This document shows positions 28,088-37,460 of a DNA stretch of 64,000 bases, one piece after another. Below the pieces are notes generated by a model, which worked only from the letters and a program-made list of their open reading frames with translations, did not search any database and was not told the DNA's origin. Position 1 is the stretch's first letter. Every line of letters starts with the position of its first letter. The stretch is from Calditrichia bacterium (GTDB taxonomy: Bacteria; Calditrichota; Calditrichia; RBG-13-44-9; J075), in contig JBOEGD010000024.1 in the NCBI GenBank assembly GCA_050633245.1, positions 351,513-415,512 on the forward strand, written 5' to 3'. The position numbers and the translations under genes were made by a program.

Positions 28088-29367
28088 CGCTTGAACCTCT
28101 TCATCGCCGGCCGCGTGTCCACAAGGGTTTCCGGAGTCAGGACGGGAAAAACCCGTTCAGCAACATCCAGTAGATCTACAAAAATACTTCGTAGCAAAAT
28201 TAGAGAAGGAGGATGCTTTTCTACAATCAGAGCAAAGAGGCGCACCGGTCTGAAAGGAACATCTCCTGTCCCGTCTTTATCGAGATCATAGCCGTTATAA
28301 GCACTCCAGTAGTTTCCTTCAAATCGACTAAAATTATTGCGACTGTTTGTTGCTACATCGAAGGCATTAGCAATAAAGTTGTTTTCTGAAACCTGGTTCT
28401 GAGTGCAGTTCGCCATTATCTTTACTGCCCAACCATTAGATTGAAAAGTATTGCGGACAACCTCAGTACGATTTGAATTTTCGAGATACATTCCGATGGA
28501 GTTGCCGGTAAAGTGATTTGCGCGAATACGACTGTCAGAAATGTCTTTTAGCAATAAGCCGTAGGAGGCACTTCCCCAATTGTGCTCAAAGCGATTGCTG
28601 TCCATTTCAACATTCTTGGTATACATAACGGCTACACCGGCACCGTTACGCCGGAACGTATTGGCGATATAGCGACAATGATCTGAAAACATAAAGTGCA
28701 GACCGTAGCGAAGGTTTCCTGTGCAGGTATTGTTCTTCACAAAACCATTCTTTACAAATTCAAAATATATACCGTCACGATGTCCGATCACCTCATTGTT
28801 ACTCACAACTACGTCCTTGCAATACCAAAGGTGGATACCATTTGCTGAAGCAGATTGGCGGACTGTGTTCGCAATAATTTTATTACCGATGATTCTGGAT
28901 CCCTGAGACTTTGCCAGATAGATTGCAAAAAAATTGTTGATGAATCGACAGTTTTCGATAACGCAATAGTTCACGCTTTCAATTTTGATTGCAGCACGAT
29001 CATCGATAAAGCTGGTTCCGCAGCGCGTTAGTGTTAAACCACGAATGCGTACGCTGTCTGCCGTTACGGTAAATATCTGACGCAGGCTGTCTCCATCGAA
29101 AACCGGATTGCCAATTCCCTGAATAGAAATCGCCTTGTTTATAATAATTGTTGGCTCTTTATACGTGCCGGCAAATACTCGAACGCTGTCGCCGCCTTGC
29201 GCTGCGGCGATAGCATCTGAAAGGGTTGCAAAACGCTGATTGGGACCGACAAGATGCGTTTCGGCATTTAGCCTCAAGCTAAAAATTGCACTGTTAAAAA
29301 GAATAGCCAGCAAAAAGAAAAGGAGCTTCCTCTCGAAGAAATTCTGGCGTGTTATTGCAGCATACAT
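28084..29367 (-). CDS. nosD: NosD copper-maturation beta-helix protein (start uncertain, 29367-29403)
   Basis: NGIHLWYC, HRDGIYFEF, LRYGLHFMFS, GNYWSAYNGYDLDKDGTGDVPF. Confidence 0.93.
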   Translation of the reverse strand: MYAAITRQNFFERKLLFFLLAILFNSAIFSLRLNAETHLVGPNQRFATLSDAIAAAQGGDSVRVFAGTYKEPTIIINKAISIQGIGNPVFDGDSLRQIFTVTADSVRIRGLTLTRCGTSFIDDRAAIKIESVNYCVIENCRFINNFFAIYLAKSQGSRIIGNKIIANTVRQSASANGIHLWYCKDVVVSNNEVIGHRDGIYFEFVKNGFVKNNTCTGNLRYGLHFMFSDHCRYIANTFRRNGAGVAVMYTKNVEMDSNRFEHNWGSASYGLLLKDISDSRIRANHFTGNSIGMYLENSNRTEVVRNTFQSNGWAVKIMANCTQNQVSENNFIANAFDVATNSRNNFSRFEGNYWSAYNGYDLDKDGTGDVPFRPVRLFALIVEKHPPSLILLRSIFVDLLDVAERVFPVLTPETLVDTRPAMKRFKR

Positions 29368-29383
29368 AACGATTTTCCCTACA

Positions 29384-30409
29384 CTATTTCTGTGTGGACG
29401 CAAATAATTGTGTTTTGGGCCAATCCATTAAGGTTCCGCCTAAGTCTTTCTGTAGCTGTTTTGCCTGGCTTTTTGCACTGACAGCTAAAACGCCAAGTCC
29501 CATTGGACTTCGAATCTTTTTACTGTAGAGGTAAATGGCTGACGTGGCATCAATAAGTAGACCAGGCTTTTGCCAGTCCGTTACCCACATTGAATGCGCT
29601 TTTTCATCAGGGGCGAGCGAAAATGCCACCAGACACTCGATGGAGTCGAAGGTATACACTTTATGCGTATCTGTAACGAGCTCTGCTCCAAAACGTGCAT
29701 CCGATATCCCCATCATGCAGAGGGAACATGCATCTTCGTTATAGCGAATCTCTCGTGGCTTTGGTTCGCATGAGAAAAGACTTAGCGCTAAAATTGCCAG
29801 CAGAGAGCCGTTGATAACTTTTGCTGCTGCTAGATTTTTTGCTTTGCGCCATGGAAGTGAGGCCCAACCGGCAAGCAAGATAGAAAGAATGACCAGATAG
29901 CCACCCGATGCCGGAAGTGAAATAGCGGTAAAATTGAGCAGTTGCTTTCGTCCGATCACTGGTGGTTGATAGGACATTCCGGGAATCTTAATGATGGCAT
30001 TTTCCTGATCCAGATTATGTCCATAATCATAACCCCAGAGGTAAAAGTCGTATAGGCCTGCCGCGCTGAGCATTAAAAAGGTGGCCAGCCATAGTAAGAG
30101 AAGTTTCCGCTTTCCCGTATAGGCGACTAAGAGCCCAAAAAGCATCATAAACCCAATTATATAGGGCATGTACTTAAGTTCAAGAATTGAATCAGGCACG
30201 ATCTTCTTCATGCCGATATAGTGGTTCAGATTATTGATTTTACTCAGGTCGTGTGGATTTTGTCCGTCAATCGTGTCAACCCAAATTCGCAATCCAATCC
30301 CTTCAGGATACTGAGGTGCTTCCAGCGAAATATTCCAAAGTGGCATAAAGTAGACGCCCACGAGTAATAGAGAGGCGATGGTCATGATAATACGGGATTT
30401 GACTGTCAT
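29384..30409 (-). CDS. nosL: NosB-like membrane protein fused to NosL copper chaperone
   Basis: N-terminal PLWNISLEAPQYPEG...NLNHYIGM...YQPPVIG (NosB-like); C-terminal CSLCMM, FDSIECL, SPMG (NosL). Confidence 0.85.
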   Translation of the reverse strand: MTVKSRIIMTIASLLLVGVYFMPLWNISLEAPQYPEGIGLRIWVDTIDGQNPHDLSKINNLNHYIGMKKIVPDSILELKYMPYIIGFMMLFGLLVAYTGKRKLLLLWLATFLMLSAAGLYDFYLWGYDYGHNLDQENAIIKIPGMSYQPPVIGRKQLLNFTAISLPASGGYLVILSILLAGWASLPWRKAKNLAAAKVINGSLLAILALSLFSCEPKPREIRYNEDACSLCMMGISDARFGAELVTDTHKVYTFDSIECLVAFSLAPDEKAHSMWVTDWQKPGLLIDATSAIYLYSKKIRSPMGLGVLAVSAKSQAKQLQKDLGGTLMDWPKTQLFASTQK

Positions 30410-30450
30410 TTTCTCAAACTCCCGGCTACGAATTTGCAGCCTTTAGTGGT

Positions 30451-30480
30451 GGAAGAAGCGGACATTCGCCCGCTTCTTCC
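30451..30480 (-). other. Stem-loop immediately 3' of nosZ (no U tract; possible mRNA stabiliser or attenuator)
   Basis: GGAAGAAGCGG...CCGCTTCTTCC inverted repeat. Confidence 0.6.
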
Positions 30481-30486
30481 TGATAG

Positions 30487-32451
30487 TTAACGCTTGTTAT
30501 AGCTTATTGCCAGACTTGATGTTGCAGGAGAGACGCGAACATACCCCTGCATTTCCTGGTGCAGCGCAGAACAAAAGTCCGTGCAGTAAAATGGAAATAC
30601 ACCAATTCTGTCTGGATACCAAACAAGAGTTCTTGTCTCCCCAGGCATGACCAGTAGCTCGGAGTTATTTGCCCCCATTACAGCGAAGCCGTGTGGCACG
30701 TCCCAATCCTGCTCCAGATTTGTGATATGCCAGAAGACTTTGTCACCAACTTTCACACCTTCAATATTGTCTGGAGTAAAGTGGCTGCGAATAGTTGAAC
30801 AGTAGATATGAACTTCTTTACCGTTTCTCTCGACCCGAGCCTCTTTTTCTGACTTGATCGCGAAAGGGTGCGTGTTCTCTTCAATTGGAAACATTTTTGT
30901 CGAGTTTGCCATAATCAATTCTGCCGGCAGAGCCTGGGCATAGTGCGGCTCACCGAGTGTGGGGAAGTCCAGCAAAAGCTCCATTTTATCACCAGAGATA
31001 TCGAATAGCTGAGCGGAGTGCGCGAGTTCCGGGCCCGTCGGCAGATAGCGATCTTTAGTGATCTTGTTCAAGCCGATAACATATTTCCCCCACGGCTTCT
31101 GACTATCTCCCCCGGGAATCATCAGGTGTCCGATGGAATAATAGCACGGTACTCTATCGACTACTTCCCAGGTTCCGAGTTGCCACTTTACGATCTCAGA
31201 GGAAATGAATGCCGACGTATAGGCATAGCCCTTGCCATCGAACTCGGTATGTAGAGGGCCAAGACCCGGATTTTCCACTTCGCCAGCGAGAACGGCTTCG
31301 TATTTCAGGACAGGAATTCCATCCACTTCGCCTTCAAACTCTTTGTCTTCAATTGCTTTCAACATTTTTGTAAACGAGTGGACCGGGATAATCGTTGCCA
31401 GTTTACCACCGGCCACGATGTACTCACCGCTTGGATCGACGTCAACGCCATGAGGTGACTTCGGAGTCGGCAAATAATAGATTAGACCGGGTATTTCTTT
31501 GGGGTCAAGCATCCGGACAGATGTCTTTTTCTCTGACACTGCGCTTCTGCTACCATGATCCATGTAGTTGTGATAATACTCTGCCGGCACCGTGCGAAAA
31601 TTCCCTTGTGCCAGCGCTTCTTCAGCTTTTTTCCAGTTTACCGCTGCGACAAAGTCCTTATCGTTCTGCGAGGCATTGATTTCAAGCAGCTCATTGGCCT
31701 CTTCAGTATTGTACGATGTGAAAAATGACCAGCCGTGTGAAGGACCTTTGCCGGAGTGAGAGAGATCGTAATTATATCCGGGAACCAGAATTTGGAATGC
31801 CAGTTCCATATGGCCTTTATCGTTATATGGATCGATGAAGGTCATTGTGCCCTTGAAGTGCTTCTTGTATTCAGAAATCGGTACGTCTTTCTGCGGAATT
31901 GGAACGCTAAAACGCGTTGAGGCGACAATATACTCCGAATTCGGTGTTACGAATGGAGATGCGTGATTACCACCGGAGTGTGGGATCTCGATGATTTCAT
32001 CGGTTTCGAAATCTTTGAGATCTATTCTGGCAATTCGCGGCGTATTGTTACCGTTGATGAATATGGATCGCCCGTCCGGTACGCCGTCAGTCATGGATAG
32101 TTCCGGGTGGTGCGCATCATCCCAAGGGATAAAGCCATGACTGGTCATCAGCATGCCCTTGGTTTCTTCGGCATATCCATAGCCGTTCTCGGCGTTTTGC
32201 GAGAATACCGGAATAACGCGAAATAATCGTCCTGAGGGCAGTCCGTATACAGTGAGCTGGCCACTGAATCCACCGGAGAAGAAACCGTAAAACTCATCAT
32301 ACTCTCCAGGTGGCACATACACTTTCGAAGCTGCGTCACTTCCGGTGAGAAGCGGCTGTTTTTGCCCGCTACAGGCAATGGCAATACCGAGCAAAACGGC
32401 GACAATCCCCACAATTTTGCCAAGCCTCTTTAAAAGGTTCATACTTAACAT
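30487..32451 (-). CDS. nosZ: Clade II (Sec-dependent) nitrous-oxide reductase, lipoprotein signal
   Basis: WDDAHH, GNH, PKSPHG, GPLH, EPH CuZ motifs and CuA FYCTDFCSALHQEM. No RR signal; AIAC lipobox. GGAGGT RBS before ATG 32451. Confidence 0.97.
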   Translation of the reverse strand: MLSMNLLKRLGKIVGIVAVLLGIAIACSGQKQPLLTGSDAASKVYVPPGEYDEFYGFFSGGFSGQLTVYGLPSGRLFRVIPVFSQNAENGYGYAEETKGMLMTSHGFIPWDDAHHPELSMTDGVPDGRSIFINGNNTPRIARIDLKDFETDEIIEIPHSGGNHASPFVTPNSEYIVASTRFSVPIPQKDVPISEYKKHFKGTMTFIDPYNDKGHMELAFQILVPGYNYDLSHSGKGPSHGWSFFTSYNTEEANELLEINASQNDKDFVAAVNWKKAEEALAQGNFRTVPAEYYHNYMDHGSRSAVSEKKTSVRMLDPKEIPGLIYYLPTPKSPHGVDVDPSGEYIVAGGKLATIIPVHSFTKMLKAIEDKEFEGEVDGIPVLKYEAVLAGEVENPGLGPLHTEFDGKGYAYTSAFISSEIVKWQLGTWEVVDRVPCYYSIGHLMIPGGDSQKPWGKYVIGLNKITKDRYLPTGPELAHSAQLFDISGDKMELLLDFPTLGEPHYAQALPAELIMANSTKMFPIEENTHPFAIKSEKEARVERNGKEVHIYCSTIRSHFTPDNIEGVKVGDKVFWHITNLEQDWDVPHGFAVMGANNSELLVMPGETRTLVWYPDRIGVFPFYCTDFCSALHQEMQGYVRVSPATSSLAISYNKR

Positions 32452-32529
32452 GTTCATACCTCCAATTTTTTTAACAGATAATGCAATCAATACTCGATTA
32501 CCCGGTTAGGGTTACTTCAAATGCTCTTA

Positions 32530-33018
32530 TCAGTGACTCGTCCTTGCTTCCAGTCTCAGATATTCCAGGATTTTTCGCGCGTCTTCTTCTGTCACGTTTT
32601 GGAAGGCCATTGGTGTGTAATACTGCGCGAGCAGCCTCTTGACTTCCGGGTGATATTTAATCATCGATGCCGGATCGAGAATCATATTCATTATGAATTC
32701 AGGTGAACGGCGTATCGCAACGTCGCCGAGAGGTGGGCCAACATAGCGTTCGCTCATTTTATGGCAGACGCTACACTTGGTTTCGAAGATTTTCTGACCA
32801 CTGGCAGCTATCTTTTCATCAATAGGGTCTAGCTTCATTTCTTCTTTAATCGGACCCATTCCATGAATTAATTGCCATTCATTGAGTGCGCCCTCGGGAT
32901 TGTTCTTCTTGGCGTATTTGGTTGGTTTTGGCTTGCCACCCGATTCGGATGAATCCGGGCCGCAGCTCATAAGAACTCCGATAAGCAGGAGCGCTAAAAT
33001 CTTAAATAAGCACTTCAT
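32530..33018 (-). CDS. Monohaem cytochrome c lipoprotein of the clade II nos cluster
   Basis: Lipobox LMSC, CSVCHK, YVGPPL, MILDP. Confidence 0.9.
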   Translation of the reverse strand: MKCLFKILALLLIGVLMSCGPDSSESGGKPKPTKYAKKNNPEGALNEWQLIHGMGPIKEEMKLDPIDEKIAASGQKIFETKCSVCHKMSERYVGPPLGDVAIRRSPEFIMNMILDPASMIKYHPEVKRLLAQYYTPMAFQNVTEEDARKILEYLRLEARTSH

Positions 33019-33036
33019 AAAGTCTCCAATTCAGTT

Positions 33037-33057
33037 TTAAGAGTCTTTTGTCTTTAA
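33037..33057. promoter_or_regulatory. Candidate Rrf2 operator upstream of cytochrome c/nosZ
   Basis: TTAAGAGTCTTTTGTCTTTAA, 17/21 identical to 33541-33561. Confidence 0.6.
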
Positions 33058-33072
33058 TTATTGTAAATTTTT

Positions 33073-33525
33073 TTACTTTTTTGTCTCTTTTGATACGTCT
33101 TCAATCCTAAGTCCTTCACTGGTAATCTTGTTTGCCAGTCCTGCAACTGTCGTTTCCGCCAGCATTTGCTGTAGACCGGCTCTGTAGTCTGACCATTGTT
33201 CGTGAAGGGGACATGGTTGCTGTTCGCCGCATCCGGGCAGACCAAGAATGCATTCTTCAAAAATCTCTTTGCCGCTTATGGCAATGACGATTTCGGCGAT
33301 TGAGATATTCTCCGTCGGCTTCGCCAGCGCAACTCCACCTTTTGGTCCGCGATAGGAATTCATTATGCCTTTCTGAGTAAGCGTTTGCAGAATTTTTGTG
33401 AGGAAGTGGAAGGATATTCCCAATTCTTTTGCAATACGCTTTATCGGCACGAATTCTTTACCGCCGTAGCTGGCGGTAAATAAAACGGCGCGAATAGCAT
33501 AAATACATGTTTTAGAGAGTATCAT
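33073..33525 (-). CDS. Rrf2-family transcriptional regulator with three Cys (Fe-S ligand candidates)
   Basis: LSKTCIYAIRA, SYRGPKGG, ECILGLPGCGEQQPCPLH. Confidence 0.93.
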   Translation of the reverse strand: MILSKTCIYAIRAVLFTASYGGKEFVPIKRIAKELGISFHFLTKILQTLTQKGIMNSYRGPKGGVALAKPTENISIAEIVIAISGKEIFEECILGLPGCGEQQPCPLHEQWSDYRAGLQQMLAETTVAGLANKITSEGLRIEDVSKETKK

Positions 33526-33540
33526 TGGTCGTCCCAGTAA

Positions 33541-33561
33541 TTAGGAGTTCTTTGTCTTAAA
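33541..33561. promoter_or_regulatory. Candidate Rrf2 autoregulatory operator
   Basis: TTAGGAGTTCTTTGTCTTAAA, just downstream of a minus-strand TTGACA (-35) at about 33583-33588. Confidence 0.6.
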
Positions 33562-34007
33562 TATCAGGTACAAGCAGATATTTGTCAATACTGAAAAAAA
33601 ATCGACACTCATCTTACCTTGATTGAGCGATAACAGTCATCTTTTGTGAAAAATGGAGTTTGTCGGCTGTTTTTTAATAAAAGGACGATATTTATTCAAA
33701 ATCCGGTTCTTTTTTTATAATTAAAATTGAGAGCTGTCGAGCTCCCAAACTGCTCCATTGTGAGAATGCTCCAGTCTGTCATTTTTCATGCCAGATCTGC
33801 TGATATTTCAGCATACTGCCGGGATGTCAGCACAAATACTATTTCTTCTCTTCTGAAATGATTGTTATCGATTCAATAAAAACAATGTCTTACATGTTTT
33901 TGACCTCACCTGAACCTGATTGGCATACAATTGGAAATACCTCCTGAATATAATTGATCGATACACTCATTTGGTCGGAGTGAATTAATAATCAGGAGAA
34001 AGAAGAT

Positions 34008-35456
34008 ATGAAGAATGAATCACTGCTGTTTACCGGTGGATTAAGCAGACGTCGTATGTTGGGCACGCTGATGCTCGGTTCCGGAGCGATTTTATCAGGA
34101 ATGGGTATGACTTCAATAGGAGATCGAGCCAGCCGCAGAGGACAGACGATTCTAAGCGGGATTTCAAACATGCCAAAGGGACTGGAAGAAGCTGTGCAAT
34201 TCCCGCTGATCGAAGCTCTGTATGGCAGACGCGCTCGCCGTTTTGCACTTGGAGATGAAATTGAGGATGGGCCACTGAAGTTTAAGTCAAAGTTCGAACC
34301 GATGGGACTATCCGATCTGGAGCAGATGATGGTGCTGGCTGCCGCAGCTGGCAATACCGGTTGGCATAATATGATCTATCGTAACAAGACATACGCGCCT
34401 CATCTTTCCAATTATTCTGCAGCAGCGGGTGGGCGTACCTTCCCGAGCGCGGCCGGGTTTCATACCACCGAGTTTTTCTTTACTGACGATACCGGTGTGT
34501 ATTTCCTGCCCACTCGTGATTCCGGCAATCTGGTTCCGGCAAGTAGTGATGGTTCGTTTGATTTAGATGGCTGGCTAAAGGCTCATAAAAAGCGCATCGT
34601 AAAATTGGCGGACGGGCGATTGAATTTGCCTGCCGAGGAACCGTACATGGAAGGACATAACACTTGGTGCGTAAATCGTCCTGGAAGTACGCTGATCATT
34701 CCGGTTGCCGATATCGCGCAGCATATGGTTCTAACTCTGTGTTACCTGGTGCAGAATGGCTACTGCGTATACAATGATGTGCATAATGAGAAAATTCCCG
34801 GTATGGAAAAATTCAAGGATATTGTGGATATTGAAAATCCTTATCCACTAACCTTTATGGAACAGTATGCGCTTACCGAATCCACAGCAGAGGTCTCAAC
34901 AGCCTGTTATGCCGGTATGCTGATGTTGCAGGCTATCGGGCTGGGCGGCTGGATGTTCGACGGTATTGATCGCTTTAGCATGCTTGGCGCCAGTGGAAAT
35001 CCACAAGTGCCGGGACTGGGATTTAACTTTGAGACTCGCGAAGATTGGCCTTTACCGCATGTTACGGGACTACCTGGAATTTTTGAAGGATTAACGCCCC
35101 CGCACGTTGCCGATATGACAGAGGCTGTCAAGAAAGTTGTCGATCGCAAGTTCAACACCGGTGGGCCATTTAATAAGAAAACACCAGGGCCATGGAAGGA
35201 AAGCCCGCGCGTTCGCGATAGTGCACAGTTTCACGACCCGCATTTTCAGGAATGTGTTGCAACCCAAGCCCAGTATGTCTTTGATAAGTTCGGTAAGTTC
35301 CCGGCAACTGTTCCGGCAATCTTTATTCTCACCTACCTACAGGCGCATAACCTCGACCTTGAATTCTATGATACCTTTTTCAAGGATGGTGCCTATTTAC
35401 AGACACATGCGCAGCACAATGAGTTGTGGAACCGTCAGCCGAAGCGCAGAGGATAA
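34008..35456 (+). CDS. TAT-signal protein with nitroreductase-superfamily-like motifs, function unknown
   Basis: SRRRMLG twin-arginine signal. GRRARRF and GRTFPSAAG resemble the FMN-binding RRSxR and RxxPSAG motifs. Confidence 0.6.
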   Translation: MKNESLLFTGGLSRRRMLGTLMLGSGAILSGMGMTSIGDRASRRGQTILSGISNMPKGLEEAVQFPLIEALYGRRARRFALGDEIEDGPLKFKSKFEPMGLSDLEQMMVLAAAAGNTGWHNMIYRNKTYAPHLSNYSAAAGGRTFPSAAGFHTTEFFFTDDTGVYFLPTRDSGNLVPASSDGSFDLDGWLKAHKKRIVKLADGRLNLPAEEPYMEGHNTWCVNRPGSTLIIPVADIAQHMVLTLCYLVQNGYCVYNDVHNEKIPGMEKFKDIVDIENPYPLTFMEQYALTESTAEVSTACYAGMLMLQAIGLGGWMFDGIDRFSMLGASGNPQVPGLGFNFETREDWPLPHVTGLPGIFEGLTPPHVADMTEAVKKVVDRKFNTGGPFNKKTPGPWKESPRVRDSAQFHDPHFQECVATQAQYVFDKFGKFPATVPAIFILTYLQAHNLDLEFYDTFFKDGAYLQTHAQHNELWNRQPKRRG

Positions 35457-35484
35457 CCTCTTCCCTGGAGTTTAGCCTCTACAT

Positions 35485-35524
35485 AACCCCGTCAAGGTGC
35501 ATGATTGTATTTTGACGGGGTTTT
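35485..35524 (+). terminator. Intrinsic terminator
   Basis: AACCCCGTCAAG...TTTGACGGGGTTTT. Confidence 0.7.
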
Positions 35525-35738
35525 CAATAGCTAGAAAATAATCTCCGCAATTCTGCCATCTCAAGATAATCTTTGTTATTCATAGGTGACCTGACTATCT
35601 TTTTTTACTCCATCAAAAGTTTGTGGCATTCATTATGTGTTGCATAAAGTAGATATCCGCGGGTCGCTTATACAGCAATCTGCGTGATTTTTTCTGTGTT
35701 GTGCGGGAAGTATTTCGCAATACCATTGGGGAGGATAT

Positions 35739-37385
35739 ATGATCACCAGGTCTACTATGTATTCTTTAGTTATTGCCGGTGTTTTTCTGAGCAATTTATC
35801 CGCAGAGGAGCGGAAGAAAAAGCCGGATGTGACACCCGTTAAGAAAAATAGTTTCATTGCTGATATTGCGGTTATGGATGTTAATAATATTGCATTGGAC
35901 TTAATGAATGATGGTAGCTCGGGCAATGATGGAAGAGGTTTTTATCCGAGCGGATCCGGTCTTTCATTTCTTTTTCAGGCAGGTGTGTCTGTATCCGGAT
36001 TTGTTAATGGAGATCTTCGCACCGGCTGGATGGCAAAGTCATTACTAGTTCTGGAACTACAACCCGGCACAATGAACCAGAGTCCACAGGCTCCTGATGC
36101 ACGATTTTACGAGGTTAAACTAACCGACAACTTCGGCTCTCCCAACTATATCGCCTGGCAGGAAGCGGTTGCTCAGGGAGCTGGATTTCAGGATCTTGAC
36201 GGCAACGGAATTTATAATCCCAATGTAGATCGCCCCGACATCATTGGAGACATCACCTACTGGACTGCCTTCAACGACTGCACGTCTATCTCGCAACGTA
36301 CACCTCGGTATCAAACTGAACCACTTGGGATTGAAATCCACCAGACCGTTTGGGTTTTGGAGCGGTCTGATGGATTCGGCGATATCATTTTTTTCCGTTA
36401 TCGGCTCTTTAATAAGAATGAAAATCCAATTGACTCCCTGTTGTTTTCTCATTGGTCCGACCCGGATATTGGTGATCATGGCGATGATCTGATAGGTAGT
36501 GATATTCCACTGCAGTTGAGCTATTGCTATAACAATGGGAGTGATTTAATGTATGGAATAAACCCACCGGCCTTTGGTGTTAGACTCTTGCAGGGGCCGA
36601 TTATACCAATGCCGGGTGGAACAGCATATCGATTCCGCGGCTTTGCCTTGGGAACGGAGGTAATACAAGATGCAGTGAATCTTGCCGCGTCATCTGTTCT
36701 GAGCTTTATAAATTCCGACCCTGTTTTTGGGGATCCGGGTACGGCAACAGTAGCCCGTTATTATCAGGAAGGCTGTAGAGATGTTTCCGGCCAGCCTATT
36801 ATTCCATCTGCCTGGGGCACTGGGGGGACAACGGCTGATAATTGTAAATTCTTTTATAGTGGCGATCCGGTTGCCGGAACCGGCTGGCGTGATACCGCGC
36901 CGCTAGACAAGCGCATGATATTTAGCGTTGCACCATTTCACTTCGCAGCTGGAGATACACAGGAGGTTATTTTTGCCTACCTGGTTGGCAGAGGCAATGA
37001 TCATCTGGATTCTGTTACGGAACTAAAAGATCGGGCCGAGCTTGCAGAAACCTATATTGGCTTTTCACAACCGCCAGTCGGTATTGAAAATCTTGTTACC
37101 CCGGCAGAAAACTTCAGGCTTTTTGCCAACTACCCTAATCCATTTAATCCAACGACGACTATCCAATATGAATTACCTTACGCTACTCGGATAAAGCTGA
37201 CTGTATACGATCCGCTTGGTCGTGAAGTGCGAACGCTCGTTAATACTCATAAGAATGCGGGTGAAAATCAAGTGGTTTGGGATGGCCGGGATGCATCCGG
37301 CAATGATGTCTCCAGCGGAATTTATATCTACCGGTTGATCACTGAGAGCACCAGCGTCGCCAGAAAAATGCTGCTGGTTCGCTAA
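35739..37385 (+). CDS. Secreted protein, distant paralog of 8346/10707, with C-terminal sorting domain
   Basis: FQDLDGNGIYNP, WSDPDIGDHGDDLIGSD, LLQGPII, GDTQEV, NYPNPFNP CTD. Confidence 0.88.
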   Translation: MITRSTMYSLVIAGVFLSNLSAEERKKKPDVTPVKKNSFIADIAVMDVNNIALDLMNDGSSGNDGRGFYPSGSGLSFLFQAGVSVSGFVNGDLRTGWMAKSLLVLELQPGTMNQSPQAPDARFYEVKLTDNFGSPNYIAWQEAVAQGAGFQDLDGNGIYNPNVDRPDIIGDITYWTAFNDCTSISQRTPRYQTEPLGIEIHQTVWVLERSDGFGDIIFFRYRLFNKNENPIDSLLFSHWSDPDIGDHGDDLIGSDIPLQLSYCYNNGSDLMYGINPPAFGVRLLQGPIIPMPGGTAYRFRGFALGTEVIQDAVNLAASSVLSFINSDPVFGDPGTATVARYYQEGCRDVSGQPIIPSAWGTGGTTADNCKFFYSGDPVAGTGWRDTAPLDKRMIFSVAPFHFAAGDTQEVIFAYLVGRGNDHLDSVTELKDRAELAETYIGFSQPPVGIENLVTPAENFRLFANYPNPFNPTTTIQYELPYATRIKLTVYDPLGREVRTLVNTHKNAGENQVVWDGRDASGNDVSSGIYIYRLITESTSVARKMLLVR

Positions 37386-37460
37386 GAAAAAATGCCTGTC
37401 TGGTTTTCGGTTGCTGAAAAAGTATTCCTTCCCTAGTTTTCGCTAAAGAACGAGGACAGC

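Noticed and set aside
33921-33936. Sigma54 promoter upstream of the TAT protein
   Set aside because: TGGCA is present but the -12 element reads TTGGA with wrong spacing.
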